64,000 nucleotides of DNA from Omnitrophica bacterium GWA2_41_15. GTDB lineage: Bacteria > Omnitrophota > Gorgyraeia > Gygaellales > UBA12090. Positions 44,593 to 53,500 of the stretch are shown piece after piece. The notes below the pieces were generated by a model. That model did not search any database and was not told the DNA's origin. It worked only from the letters and a program-made list of their open reading frames with translations. Position 1 is the first letter of the stretch; the number at the start of each line of letters is the position of its first letter. Where the stretch lies: positions 1,270 through 65,269 of the forward strand of contig CAKKRH010000032.1 of assembly GCA_919902675.1 (NCBI GenBank), written 5' to 3'. A program made the position numbers and the translations under genes.

Positions 44593-45396
44593 CTACTTGC
44601 GCTCCTGGTCCCAGCGCTCAATGAGGATATCTGAAGTCAAGATGCGCATCAGATGCATAAAGGCATAGATATAGTCCCTGAAGGCAAAACTGAGCAGCCG
44701 AACTTCTACAGTCTTGGAGGCGCTGTCTACGGCTTCCAGGGAAATATGCCCCTCTGAATATTTTATCTGCTGTAAATAGGGATACTGTTGGCCAAACGTG
44801 TCTTTAAGCCGCGTAATAATGGCTTCCAGCACCGGCCCTCCAACCACCGGCTTGAGATTAGCTAAAAGTAGTTGATTAAGAATAGTTGAAACTAAGAGAA
44901 AAAAATCCTCACGGCTGGCATAGCCGCAAAGCTGGATTAAGTAATTGATGAGATTTAAATTTACCAACCTTTTTTTTACTGAAGCCTGACCAGGCCTGCT
45001 TAAGAGCTCTTTTAAACCCTTAAGAAATTGGTCTTTGTTCGCGCCTTCAGTTAAAACATTATCTACGCCGGCATTGATTGCCGAGGCGATTATCTTAGCC
45101 GCCTTTTGAGAGGTGATTAAAATAGCGGTTGTTTGCCGCGTTGGCGCGGATGTTTTTAGGGTACGCAGCAAGGCTAAAGCACTCTCAATAGCCGGATCTA
45201 CACACAAAGACGAATCTATGCCTTGGTGCAGGCTTAAGAGCAAACAATCAAACTTTTCTTTTAACAAAGCAGCTTCTAATTTTTTTAGCTCGCCTTCTAT
45301 CACAAAATCTAAGTTTAGCTCTTTAAGCCAGTTCTCAAGGGTCTTGGCGGCAGATGGCTCTGGTTCGAAAATAATTAGCTTTTTAATCTCCTCCAT
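44593..45396 (-). CDS. Pseudo-receiver domain protein with uncharacterized C-terminal domain
   Basis: 267 aa with an N-terminal CheY-like fold pattern (KKLIIFEPEP...FDCLLLSLHQ). Ser replaces the phospho-acceptor Asp position. The C-terminal roughly 140 aa has no motif I recognise. Confidence 0.5.
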   Translation of the reverse strand: MEEIKKLIIFEPEPSAAKTLENWLKELNLDFVIEGELKKLEAALLKEKFDCLLLSLHQGIDSSLCVDPAIESALALLRTLKTSAPTRQTTAILITSQKAAKIIASAINAGVDNVLTEGANKDQFLKGLKELLSRPGQASVKKRLVNLNLINYLIQLCGYASREDFFLLVSTILNQLLLANLKPVVGGPVLEAIITRLKDTFGQQYPYLQQIKYSEGHISLEAVDSASKTVEVRLLSFAFRDYIYAFMHLMRILTSDILIERWDQERK

Positions 45397-45466
45397 TACG
45401 CGCCTCCGGTATAATCTTCAGGTATAATCAAAGGATTATACCTGATTACACAGATTAATTTCATAA

Positions 45467-45946
45467 TTAAAAGCTTATTTTCACCGTGACAATACCGGTA
45501 GCTACCGAGAATTCCACAGACCTGCCTACTGAACCGCCAATAGATTCCCCGATTAGTTTTATGCCTTCGTGTTTTAACTTCTTTTTAGCGCTTAAAACAT
45601 TTTCCTTACCGATATCTGAGTTAGAAAGGCCAAACATATTTGCCCCGCCCACCAGCTTGGCCTCTAAATCTTTTCTGTCAGCGCCAAGCGCCTGTATCTT
45701 TTCTAAGGCTGAATCTACGGCGGTGTCCACGTATTTGGCATCTGGCTGCCTGAGGGAAGCCGAAGGGTCGTGCGTTACAGACAAAGGCAACATCGCATGG
45801 ATCATTCCGCCAATTTTAAGTTTAGGCTCATATAGGGTAATCATAAGACAGGAGCCCACTGCACGGGAGTAAAGGTTACCCTCTTCTTTACTTACCACTA
45901 ATTCTCCCATTGGCACTTCAATTTCCATTATTTGCTCACAAGGCAT
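45467..45946 (-). CDS. cheD: Chemoreceptor glutamine deamidase CheD
   Basis: 159 aa: ...LYSRAVGSCLMITLYEPKLKIGGMIHAMLP... Confidence 0.85.
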   Translation of the reverse strand: MPCEQIMEIEVPMGELVVSKEEGNLYSRAVGSCLMITLYEPKLKIGGMIHAMLPLSVTHDPSASLRQPDAKYVDTAVDSALEKIQALGADRKDLEAKLVGGANMFGLSNSDIGKENVLSAKKKLKHEGIKLIGESIGGSVGRSVEFSVATGIVTVKISF

Positions 45947-46514
45947 TCAACAAGACCTTAACCTCTTCGGGCTTAAATATAAGCAGGAGATACCCTTTCA
46001 TACTCATGGCCTTGACCATTAGTTCAATTCTTACCACCAGCGCCTCAGCGCTATCCTTGGCAAAACCTGCGATGACCTCTTCTAATATCGCGCCAAACAT
46101 ACCGGAAGATAATTTAGGCATACCCTCGGTTATCTCTCCTTTAAGGCTGTTGGAGAGGACGGCTAAATAATTGCCTAAGAGGATATTCCCTACTTCTTTA
46201 AGTACCATTTCGTCAAAAGGAATTAATTTTTTGATTGTTCTTGGTTTTTTTTTCATCAGCAGATCACATAAATGAAATGAAGTTTCTTTAGGAAATAAGA
46301 AAAGGCTTGAACCTGTAACTCCTCCGGCAACGGGTAAAAAGACTCCTACTCCCAGCTCCTGAGAACCGATAAGGGGAGAAACCTTTCTGACATTGGTTAT
46401 TACGGGTTGAGAGAATACCACCCCTGTCTCCGCGCCGATGAGCTTAGACAAGGCGGCAGTGCAACGTTGACTGGCTGTTTCGTTAATCTTGTTTAATTTC
46501 TCCTCATTCGCCAT
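45936..46514 (-). CDS. cheC: CheY-P phosphatase CheC
   Basis: 192 aa with the CheC-type motif EVGNILLGNYLAVLSN. It is adjacent to cheD. Confidence 0.8.
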   Translation of the reverse strand: MANEEKLNKINETASQRCTAALSKLIGAETGVVFSQPVITNVRKVSPLIGSQELGVGVFLPVAGGVTGSSLFLFPKETSFHLCDLLMKKKPRTIKKLIPFDEMVLKEVGNILLGNYLAVLSNSLKGEITEGMPKLSSGMFGAILEEVIAGFAKDSAEALVVRIELMVKAMSMKGYLLLIFKPEEVKVLLNAL

Positions 46515-46538
46515 GATTTTATTCCTCCTTTTTAAAAT

Positions 46539-46615
46539 GATTACACAGATTTTTGAATAAGATTACACAGATACACTTTTAATCTGTGTAATCTGCTTTT
46601 ATAATCTGTGTAATC
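46539..46615. repeat. GATTACACAGAT box array (2 forward, 2 reverse), second locus
   Basis: gattacacagat at 46539-50 and 46561-72, atctgtgtaatc at 46582-93 and 46604-15. The last box overlaps the cheA stop. A single box also occurs at 45444-45455. Confidence 0.9.
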
Positions 46616-48242
46616 ATCGTATGTCTTTTTTTAACGCCAATTTCCTCTTAGAAAGTATGAGGTTAGCTGCATCTAAAATAAGCGCGACCTCGCCAGAGCC
46701 AAGAATAGTGCAGCCGGTAAAATATTTGCCCTCCTTGGCTAACCTTAACGGCTTATGCACAATCTCCTGGGTCTGGCCTAACTCGTCTACCGCCAGACCT
46801 AATCGGTCTTCATCCTTTCGGACAATGACGATAGGCTGTGAATTTTGGTCTAAGCGGGGCAGATTAAACAACTCATTTAAACGGGTGATAGGGATATCCT
46901 CGCCTTCAAAGACAATGGCCTCATAATTCAACATCCCCTTTATATCTTCTTTTTTTACATGAATTAACCTCTCCACATTGGCTAAAGAAATGGCGTATGC
47001 TTTAGGGCCTACCTTGACGAATAAGACCTTAAACACTGCCAGGGTTAAAGGTATCTCTAAGATAAATTTTGTGCCTTTTAAGGGAAGCGACTCTACTTTC
47101 ACTGAGCCGCCCAAAGATTCAATCCTTTGCTTGACGATATTCAGGCCAAAGCCTCTGCCTGAAATTTGGGTAACCTCTTTGGTAGTGCTCACTCCGGAAA
47201 AGAGCGCGTTAACCAATTCTTCCTGAGCTGGATGGCTGGAAATTAGCTTGAGCCTTGAGGCATACCTTTTTACTTCTTCCCAATCAATGCCTCTTCCATC
47301 ATCGCTAACCTCTATAACCGCAAATCCACGCGCTCTTTTAGCAGAGAGTTTTAAGGTGGCTTGAGAAGGTTTTTTCAGGCCCTCTCTTTCTTTGGGGATT
47401 TCTATGCCATGGTCAATGGCATTTCTGACTAAATGCACCAGGGGCTCAGCCAAGGCCTCCACAATTGAGCGGTCTAATTCTATGTCGCCGCCAACCATCT
47501 CTAAATTAACCTCTTTTTTCTCTTGCTTAGCTAAGTCTCTTACTAAGCGTGGAAAACGGTTAAAGACGAAATCTAAAGGCACGGTGCGCGACTGCATAAT
47601 ATTAAACTGCAGGTCAGAGACTAATCTGGTTAAGGTATCTACGAAACCGGAAAGCTCGGGGTTTTGCAAAGTTTCCTTAATCCGCTCTAATCCCAGTTTA
47701 TTAATCAACAGCTCTTCGGATAAGCGCATCAATAAATCCAGCCTTTCTACCTTAACCTCGATGCTCTTGATCTTCTCAAGAGAGGCAGGCTCTTCCAGGG
47801 ATCCCTCGGAAGCCGCGGTTTCGTCGTGCCTGCCTGCCGGCAAGGCAGGCGTCGTGCGTATTGCGTCGCACGTAGCCAGAGCCTGTAATTTTTTGACTAA
47901 ACCCGCGGTGTCCAGTTCTTCTTTATCCTTGGAAACTGCTTTTAGGCTTGCTTCTAAGGCATCAAAACATTCAAATAATAAATCGGCGCAAGCGCCAACC
48001 TTTAATTCCTTCTTTTTTGTCCTGACTAAGACATCCTCTATGGCATGGCATAGGGCAGAGGTCTTGAAATAACGCGCGATTCCGGATATGCTCTTGTAGG
48101 TATGGCAGGCGTGCAGCATAGGGCCAAACAGGATCAGATTACCCGGGGTCTTCTCTAATTTAATCAGAGAACTATTCAGGGTATTCAGGTATTGCCTTGC
48201 CTCTCTTAGGTAAGTGTCTTTGTATTTGTCTATAATCTGCAT
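46614..48242 (-). CDS. cheA: Chemotaxis histidine kinase CheA (no recognisable P2 domain)
   Basis: 542 aa. It has Hpt (ACHTYKSISG), dimerisation and HATPase domains (DHGIE...GRGFGLNIV) and a C-terminal CheW-like domain. The P1-P3 linker carries a palindromic low-complexity insert (47822-47872). Confidence 0.9.
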   Translation of the reverse strand: MQIIDKYKDTYLREARQYLNTLNSSLIKLEKTPGNLILFGPMLHACHTYKSISGIARYFKTSALCHAIEDVLVRTKKKELKVGACADLLFECFDALEASLKAVSKDKEELDTAGLVKKLQALATCDAIRTTPALPAGRHDETAASEGSLEEPASLEKIKSIEVKVERLDLLMRLSEELLINKLGLERIKETLQNPELSGFVDTLTRLVSDLQFNIMQSRTVPLDFVFNRFPRLVRDLAKQEKKEVNLEMVGGDIELDRSIVEALAEPLVHLVRNAIDHGIEIPKEREGLKKPSQATLKLSAKRARGFAVIEVSDDGRGIDWEEVKRYASRLKLISSHPAQEELVNALFSGVSTTKEVTQISGRGFGLNIVKQRIESLGGSVKVESLPLKGTKFILEIPLTLAVFKVLFVKVGPKAYAISLANVERLIHVKKEDIKGMLNYEAIVFEGEDIPITRLNELFNLPRLDQNSQPIVIVRKDEDRLGLAVDELGQTQEIVHKPLRLAKEGKYFTGCTILGSGEVALILDAANLILSKRKLALKKDIR

Positions 48243-48261
48243 TCTCTCTGCTCGATAGTCT

Positions 48262-49335
48262 CTACCTGCTCAACAGGCAGGCTTCTTCTAATATCGCCCT
48301 GGCTATCTCTTGCGCAGGAAGCACTTTATCCGCCAATCCCGCGTCAATCACGGCCTTGGGCATACCAAAGATTAACGCGGATTTATCCTGCGCGATGGTC
48401 CTGCCGCCTGCCTCTTTAATAGAACGCATACCTTCTAAGCCATCGTTGCCAATACCGCTTAAGATAATGCCGATAGAATTTTGCTGATAAATACGGCTTG
48501 CGGATTTCATCGCTATATCAATAGAGGGGCTTAAGGTATCGGGTGAAACCTCTTCTAAAGTAGTAAAATTATTCTCTCTGCTTTCTACTCTTTCTTCTCT
48601 GCTCTTTATTTTTAAATTAAAACCGCCGGGAGCAAGATATGCGGCTGGGGAGAAAATAGTTTCTCCGTCGCAAGCTACCCTGGTCTTAAGTGAGCAATTT
48701 TTGTTTAAATGCCCGGATAAACTTTCGCTAAAAAACCTGTTTGGCATATGTTGAGCTATCAAGATCGGAAGAGAAAAATCAGCAGGCAAAGAGGGCAAAA
48801 TCATTTCCAGTGTTTGCGGCCCGCCGGTAGAGGCGCCTATAACAATAATTTTATCTTCTGCTAATAACTTAGGTGAAGGATGAAACGGCTTAAGCCTAAA
48901 AGCTTTAAATCTTTTCAAATTAACCTTAGAGGCGGCTTTTACTTCTTGAGTAAGCCTTTCTTTTATCTTTTCTATATCTAAAGATAGCTCTCCTGATGGC
49001 TTAAGTACAAAACTTACTGCGCCCAGCTCCAGGCATTCTAAAGCAATACCTGCCTCTTCCTGGCTATAGGCAGAAAGTATCACTACCGGAGTGGGAAAAT
49101 CACGCATTATATGTTTTAAGGTAGTTAAGCCATCCCATCCCGGCATTGCCAAATCCAGGATTATGCAATCGGGTTCAACAGAAGGGATTTTTCTTAACGC
49201 CTCTTGGCCGCTGGAGGCTGTCCCTACTACCTTAATCTGGGGGTCTTTATTCAGGAAATCCGAGACTAAGCTGCGGATAAAGAGGGAATCATCTATGATC
49301 AGGACTTTTATGGGGAGAAGACCTGGGGTATTCAT
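48262..49335 (-). CDS. cheB: Chemotaxis methylesterase CheB
   Basis: 357 aa: REC (VLIIDDS...IILDLAMP) plus a methylesterase domain (GASTGGP...). Confidence 0.9.
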   Translation of the reverse strand: MNTPGLLPIKVLIIDDSLFIRSLVSDFLNKDPQIKVVGTASSGQEALRKIPSVEPDCIILDLAMPGWDGLTTLKHIMRDFPTPVVILSAYSQEEAGIALECLELGAVSFVLKPSGELSLDIEKIKERLTQEVKAASKVNLKRFKAFRLKPFHPSPKLLAEDKIIVIGASTGGPQTLEMILPSLPADFSLPILIAQHMPNRFFSESLSGHLNKNCSLKTRVACDGETIFSPAAYLAPGGFNLKIKSREERVESRENNFTTLEEVSPDTLSPSIDIAMKSASRIYQQNSIGIILSGIGNDGLEGMRSIKEAGGRTIAQDKSALIFGMPKAVIDAGLADKVLPAQEIARAILEEACLLSR

Positions 49336-49377
49336 ACATTTTAGCTTAAAAATTAGGAATCAATCATTTCTACTTTT

Positions 49378-49752
49378 TTACTCTCTCTTGATATACTTGT
49401 TTAGCACTTGTTCAATCTGCGCGTCATCGAAGGGTTTAACAATATAGTCCTCGACGCCTAATTCCTTACAGCGATTAATCATCGCATCATGCCCCACAGC
49501 AGTAATCATAATTATCTTGGCCTCGGGCACGGCATCCTTTATCCGCTTAAGGACATCCACTCCCTCATTTTCGCCTTCAGGCATAATGATATCTAAGAGC
49601 ACCAAATCCGGTATTGCCTTCTTAAATTGTTTAAGGGCGGTTGTGCCTGAATCCGCTTCGATTACTTGCGAGTCTGGGATAGTCTTTTCCACAATATTTT
49701 TAAGCACCATGCGAATAAATGGCGAATCGTCCACAATGAGAATCTTTTTCAT
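49378..49752 (-). CDS. cheY: Chemotaxis response regulator CheY
   Basis: 124 aa: MKKILIVDDSPFIR...VLLDIIMP...K. Confidence 0.88.
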   Translation of the reverse strand: MKKILIVDDSPFIRMVLKNIVEKTIPDSQVIEADSGTTALKQFKKAIPDLVLLDIIMPEGENEGVDVLKRIKDAVPEAKIIMITAVGHDAMINRCKELGVEDYIVKPFDDAQIEQVLNKYIKRE

Positions 49753-49804
49753 CCTTCGGCTCCTTTCATTCGCTCAGAATGAACCCTGAGCTTGTCGAAT
49801 GGGT

Positions 49805-50554
49805 TCATTTGCGCCTCCCACTTTCTTTTGCTTTTGCCGGCTTACTTTGCGTTTTTTGGCTTTGGCTATGGATGCGGCTATTTGGTTGCCCACCATCGCC
49901 CTCTGGCTTATGGCTGCGGCTATTGGAAGCCGCACCATCGCCCTCTGGCTTATCGGAGGCAAAACCACCGCCCTCTGGCTTATGAGCTAAGGTTATGCGC
50001 GCTAACTTGCTGAGATCCTCTTCAGAAAGCACCTTCTTTAAGTCCAACAGCATAATCAGGCGCTCATCCAAGGTGAGCACTCCGCTGATATAGGCGCGGT
50101 CAATTTTGGTAATCAGATGGGGCGTGGCCTTTATCCCTGTGCGGGGAATCCTTAAGACCTCAGTAACCTCATCTACCAAAACGCCGTAGAGGTTCCCCTC
50201 CTGTCCGGTAATAACGATATGCTTACTTTCCACTGGCTTTTTTACCGGCAGAAAGAAACGCTCTTTGAGGTCAATGACAATAATGATTTCGCCCCTGATA
50301 TTAGTTACCCCTTTGATGAAATTAGGCGAATCCGGTATGGGTGTAACCGCTCCGACACGGACAATCTCTCGGACTTCATTAATATCTACGCCAAAGGACT
50401 CGTCTTCTAAACTAAAGACGACTAATTGGATGAGCTCTGCCTCCGGGGTGATGGGTTTGTGGCTTTGGCTAAAGGAAGCCAAACCACGGCCTTCTGGCCT
50501 GTGCCTTTCCTGAGCGGCTTGGATATTGCTGGTATCTTTAATTTCAGTCGGCAT
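49805..50554 (-). CDS. cheW: CheW coupling protein with repeat-derived N- and C-terminal extensions
   Basis: 249 aa with core LVVFSLEDESFGVDINEVREI...PNFIKGVTNIRGEII. The N-terminal extension contains HRPEGRGLASFSQSHKP. The C-terminal tail has HKPEGGG/DKPEGDG/HKPEGDG repeats. Confidence 0.85.
   Translation of the reverse strand: MPTEIKDTSNIQAAQERHRPEGRGLASFSQSHKPITPEAELIQLVVFSLEDESFGVDINEVREIVRVGAVTPIPDSPNFIKGVTNIRGEIIIVIDLKERFFLPVKKPVESKHIVITGQEGNLYGVLVDEVTEVLRIPRTGIKATPHLITKIDRAYISGVLTLDERLIMLLDLKKVLSEEDLSKLARITLAHKPEGGGFASDKPEGDGAASNSRSHKPEGDGGQPNSRIHSQSQKTQSKPAKAKESGRRK
50477..50501. repeat. 25-nt element inside cheW, identical to the one in the kinase gene
   Basis: agccaaaccacggccttctggcctg is identical to 42192-42216. 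Confidence 0.9.
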
Positions 50555-50555
50555 T

Positions 50556-53500
50556 TTATTTATCCTCCCCTTCCTCTTCCACTACCTCCTGAGCAGAAAC
50601 CTTAAACCTGCGCAAAGCGGTGCGCAATTGCTCGGCTAAGCCGGACAAGTTTTGCGCGGATGAGGTCATCTGCTGCATCGCTTGAGTCTGCTGTTGAATG
50701 GAAGTAGACATCTCGGATGAGCCTGTAGCTGCCTGCTCAGCAGTCAAAGCGATTTCCTCAATAGTCTTGGCTACCTGTTGCGCGCCTCCTGCCTGCGCGG
50801 TAGTGGCAGCGGAAACTTCCTGGGCTTTAGAAGTAATTTCCTGAGTGCCTACGCCAATCTGGCCTAAGATAGCCAGCGCCTGATTAACGATATCAATACT
50901 CTCGGAAACCTGCTGGGTTCCGGCAGTCATACCCGTAACCACCTCAGCGGTAGAATCAGTTATCGTGCTCACCATACCTTCAATTTGCACCGCGGCTTTT
51001 TTGGTCCCTTCAGCTAATTTTCTGATTTCATCAGCAACTACGGCAAAACCCCGGCCTGCCTCTCCGGCATGGGCGGCTTCAATAGCGGCGTTTAAGGCCA
51101 AAAGATTAGTCTGGTCAGCAATATCTTTGGTCGTACCGACGATTACCGCGATTTCCTTGGCGCGCTTATCTAAGTCTTTAACTGTAGTAGTATTGGCTTT
51201 AACAATATCATCTATGGTCTTCAATCTTCCGGCTGCCTGCTTGCCTGATTCCGTGCCTTTCTCTGCCAGTTTGGCTGCTTCCTGAGTAGCCTCAGCCGCT
51301 GCCTTGGAATTAGCCGCGCCTTGTTGTATAGACTTAGAAAGCTCAGCTACTACTTTGGTAGAGGTCTCTAATTTCTTAGACTGCTCCCTTGAGCCGGCAG
51401 CTATTTCTTGGGTGGTCTTGGCAACTTGGCCTAAGGCAGTATTTACCTGCCGGGAGGCATTAGATAATTGATTGGAAGAGCTAGCAACCTTGGTAGAGCT
51501 TTCCATAGCCAAGCGAATAGTTTTTCCTAAGTCATCAAAGGATTTGTTTAAGGCATCAGTCAAGGTCTTGATATCTCCTCTTGCCTCCAAGGCATATCTT
51601 TGTGAAATGTCTCCTTTGGAGAGGGCAAGGCTAAGCCGGATTACTTCCTGAACCGGTTTGGCGATAGAATCAATCAAGGTGTTCAAGGTGTCCACGATAT
51701 TTTTCCAACTGCCGCCAACGCCTTCCACTTTTGCCCGTTCGCTAAGCTTTCCTTCCACACCAGCTACCTGAGCCACTCGGGAAACTTCATTGGCTAAGCG
51801 GTTTAAATTATCCACCATGCTATTTAGTGTATCTTTTAACTGTAGAATCTCCCCTGCTGCTTCTACAGTTATCTTTTGAGTTAAGTCTCCCATAGCAATA
51901 GCTGTGCCAACCTTAGCAATGTTTCTCACCTGAGCAGTAAGGTTAGCCGCCATAGCATTGACCCTGTCAGTAAGGTCCTTCCATGTCCCGGCTACGCCCG
52001 GCACTGCTGCCTGTCCGCCGAGTTTTCCTTCCGTGCCTACTTCTTTGGCTACGCGGGTAACTTCTGCGGCAAAAGTATTTAATGAATCCACCATAGCATT
52101 GATCGTATTCTTAAGCTCTAAGATTTCACCCATTGCCTCTACGGTAATCTTCTGAGCCAGGTCCCCCTTGGCAACTGCGGTGGTTACTAAAGCAATGTTA
52201 CGCACCTGCGAGGTAAGGTTAGCCGCCATAGCATTAACCCTGTCAGTAAGGTCCTTCCATGTCCCGGCTACGCCCGGCACTGCTGCCTGTCCGCCGAGTT
52301 TTCCTTCCGTGCCTACTTCTTTGGCTACGCGGGTAACTTCTGCGGCAAAAGTATTTAGTGAATCCACCATTTTATTGATGGTATCTTTTAAGGCTAACAT
52401 CTCTCCCTTAACCTCTACAGTGATTTTTTGCGCCAGATCTCCGTTAGCAACTGCGGTAGTAACCTGAGCAATGTTACGCACCTGAGCAGTAAGATTTCCC
52501 GCCATAGCATTGACGTTATCCGTAAGGTCTTTCCATGTCCCGCCAACACCCGGCACTGCTGCCTGTCCGCCGAGTTTTCCTTCCGTGCCTACTTCCTTGG
52601 CCACGCGGGTAACTTCTGCGGCAAAAGTATTTAGTGAATCCACCATTTTATTGATGGTATCTTTTAAGGCTAACATCTCTCCCTTAACCTCTACAGTGAT
52701 TTTTTGCGCCAGATCTCCGTTAGCAACTGCGGTAGTAACCTGAGCAATGTTACGCACCTGAGCAGTAAGATTTCCCGCCATAGCATTGACGTTATCCGTA
52801 AGGTCTTTCCATGTCCCGCCAACACCCGGCACTGCTGCCTGTCCGCCGAGTTTTCCTTCCGTGCCTACTTCCTTGGCCACGCGGGTAACTTCTGCGGCAA
52901 AAGTATTTAGTGAATCCACCATTTTATTGATGGTATCTTTTAACTGTAGCACCTCTCCGGCAGCCTCAATGGTAATCTTTTGCGCCAGGTCTCCTTTGGC
53001 AACTGCGGTGGTTACTAGAGCAATGTTACGCACCTGCGAGGTAAGGTTAGCCGCCATAGCATTGACTCTATCGGTTAAATCTTTCCATAGACCGCCAACA
53101 CCCGGCACTGTTGCCTGGCCGCCTAACTTTCCATCCGTGCCTACTTCTTTGGCTACGCGGGTAACTTCTGCGCCAAAGGTGTTAAGTGAATCTACCATTT
53201 TATTAATCGTATTCTTCAACTCCAAGATTTCACCTTTCGCCTCAACCGTAATCTTCTGCGCCATATCTCCGTTAGCAACTGCGGTAGTAACCTGAGCGAT
53301 GTTACGCACCTGACTGGTTAAGTTTCCCGCCATAGCATTGACGTTATCCGTAAGGTCTTTCCATGTCCCGCCAACACCCGGCACTGCTGCCTGTCCGCCG
53401 AGTTTTCCTTCCGTGCCTACTTCCTTGGCCACGCGGGTAACTTCTGCGGCAAATAGGTTTAAACTATCCACCATCTTATTGATGGTCTCTTTTAACTGTA

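Noticed and set aside
49774-50013. Cluster of four or five overlapping 60-75-aa ORFs on both strands
   Set aside because: They are generated by the low-complexity repeat that forms the CheW C-terminal tail. None has a motif or an RBS.
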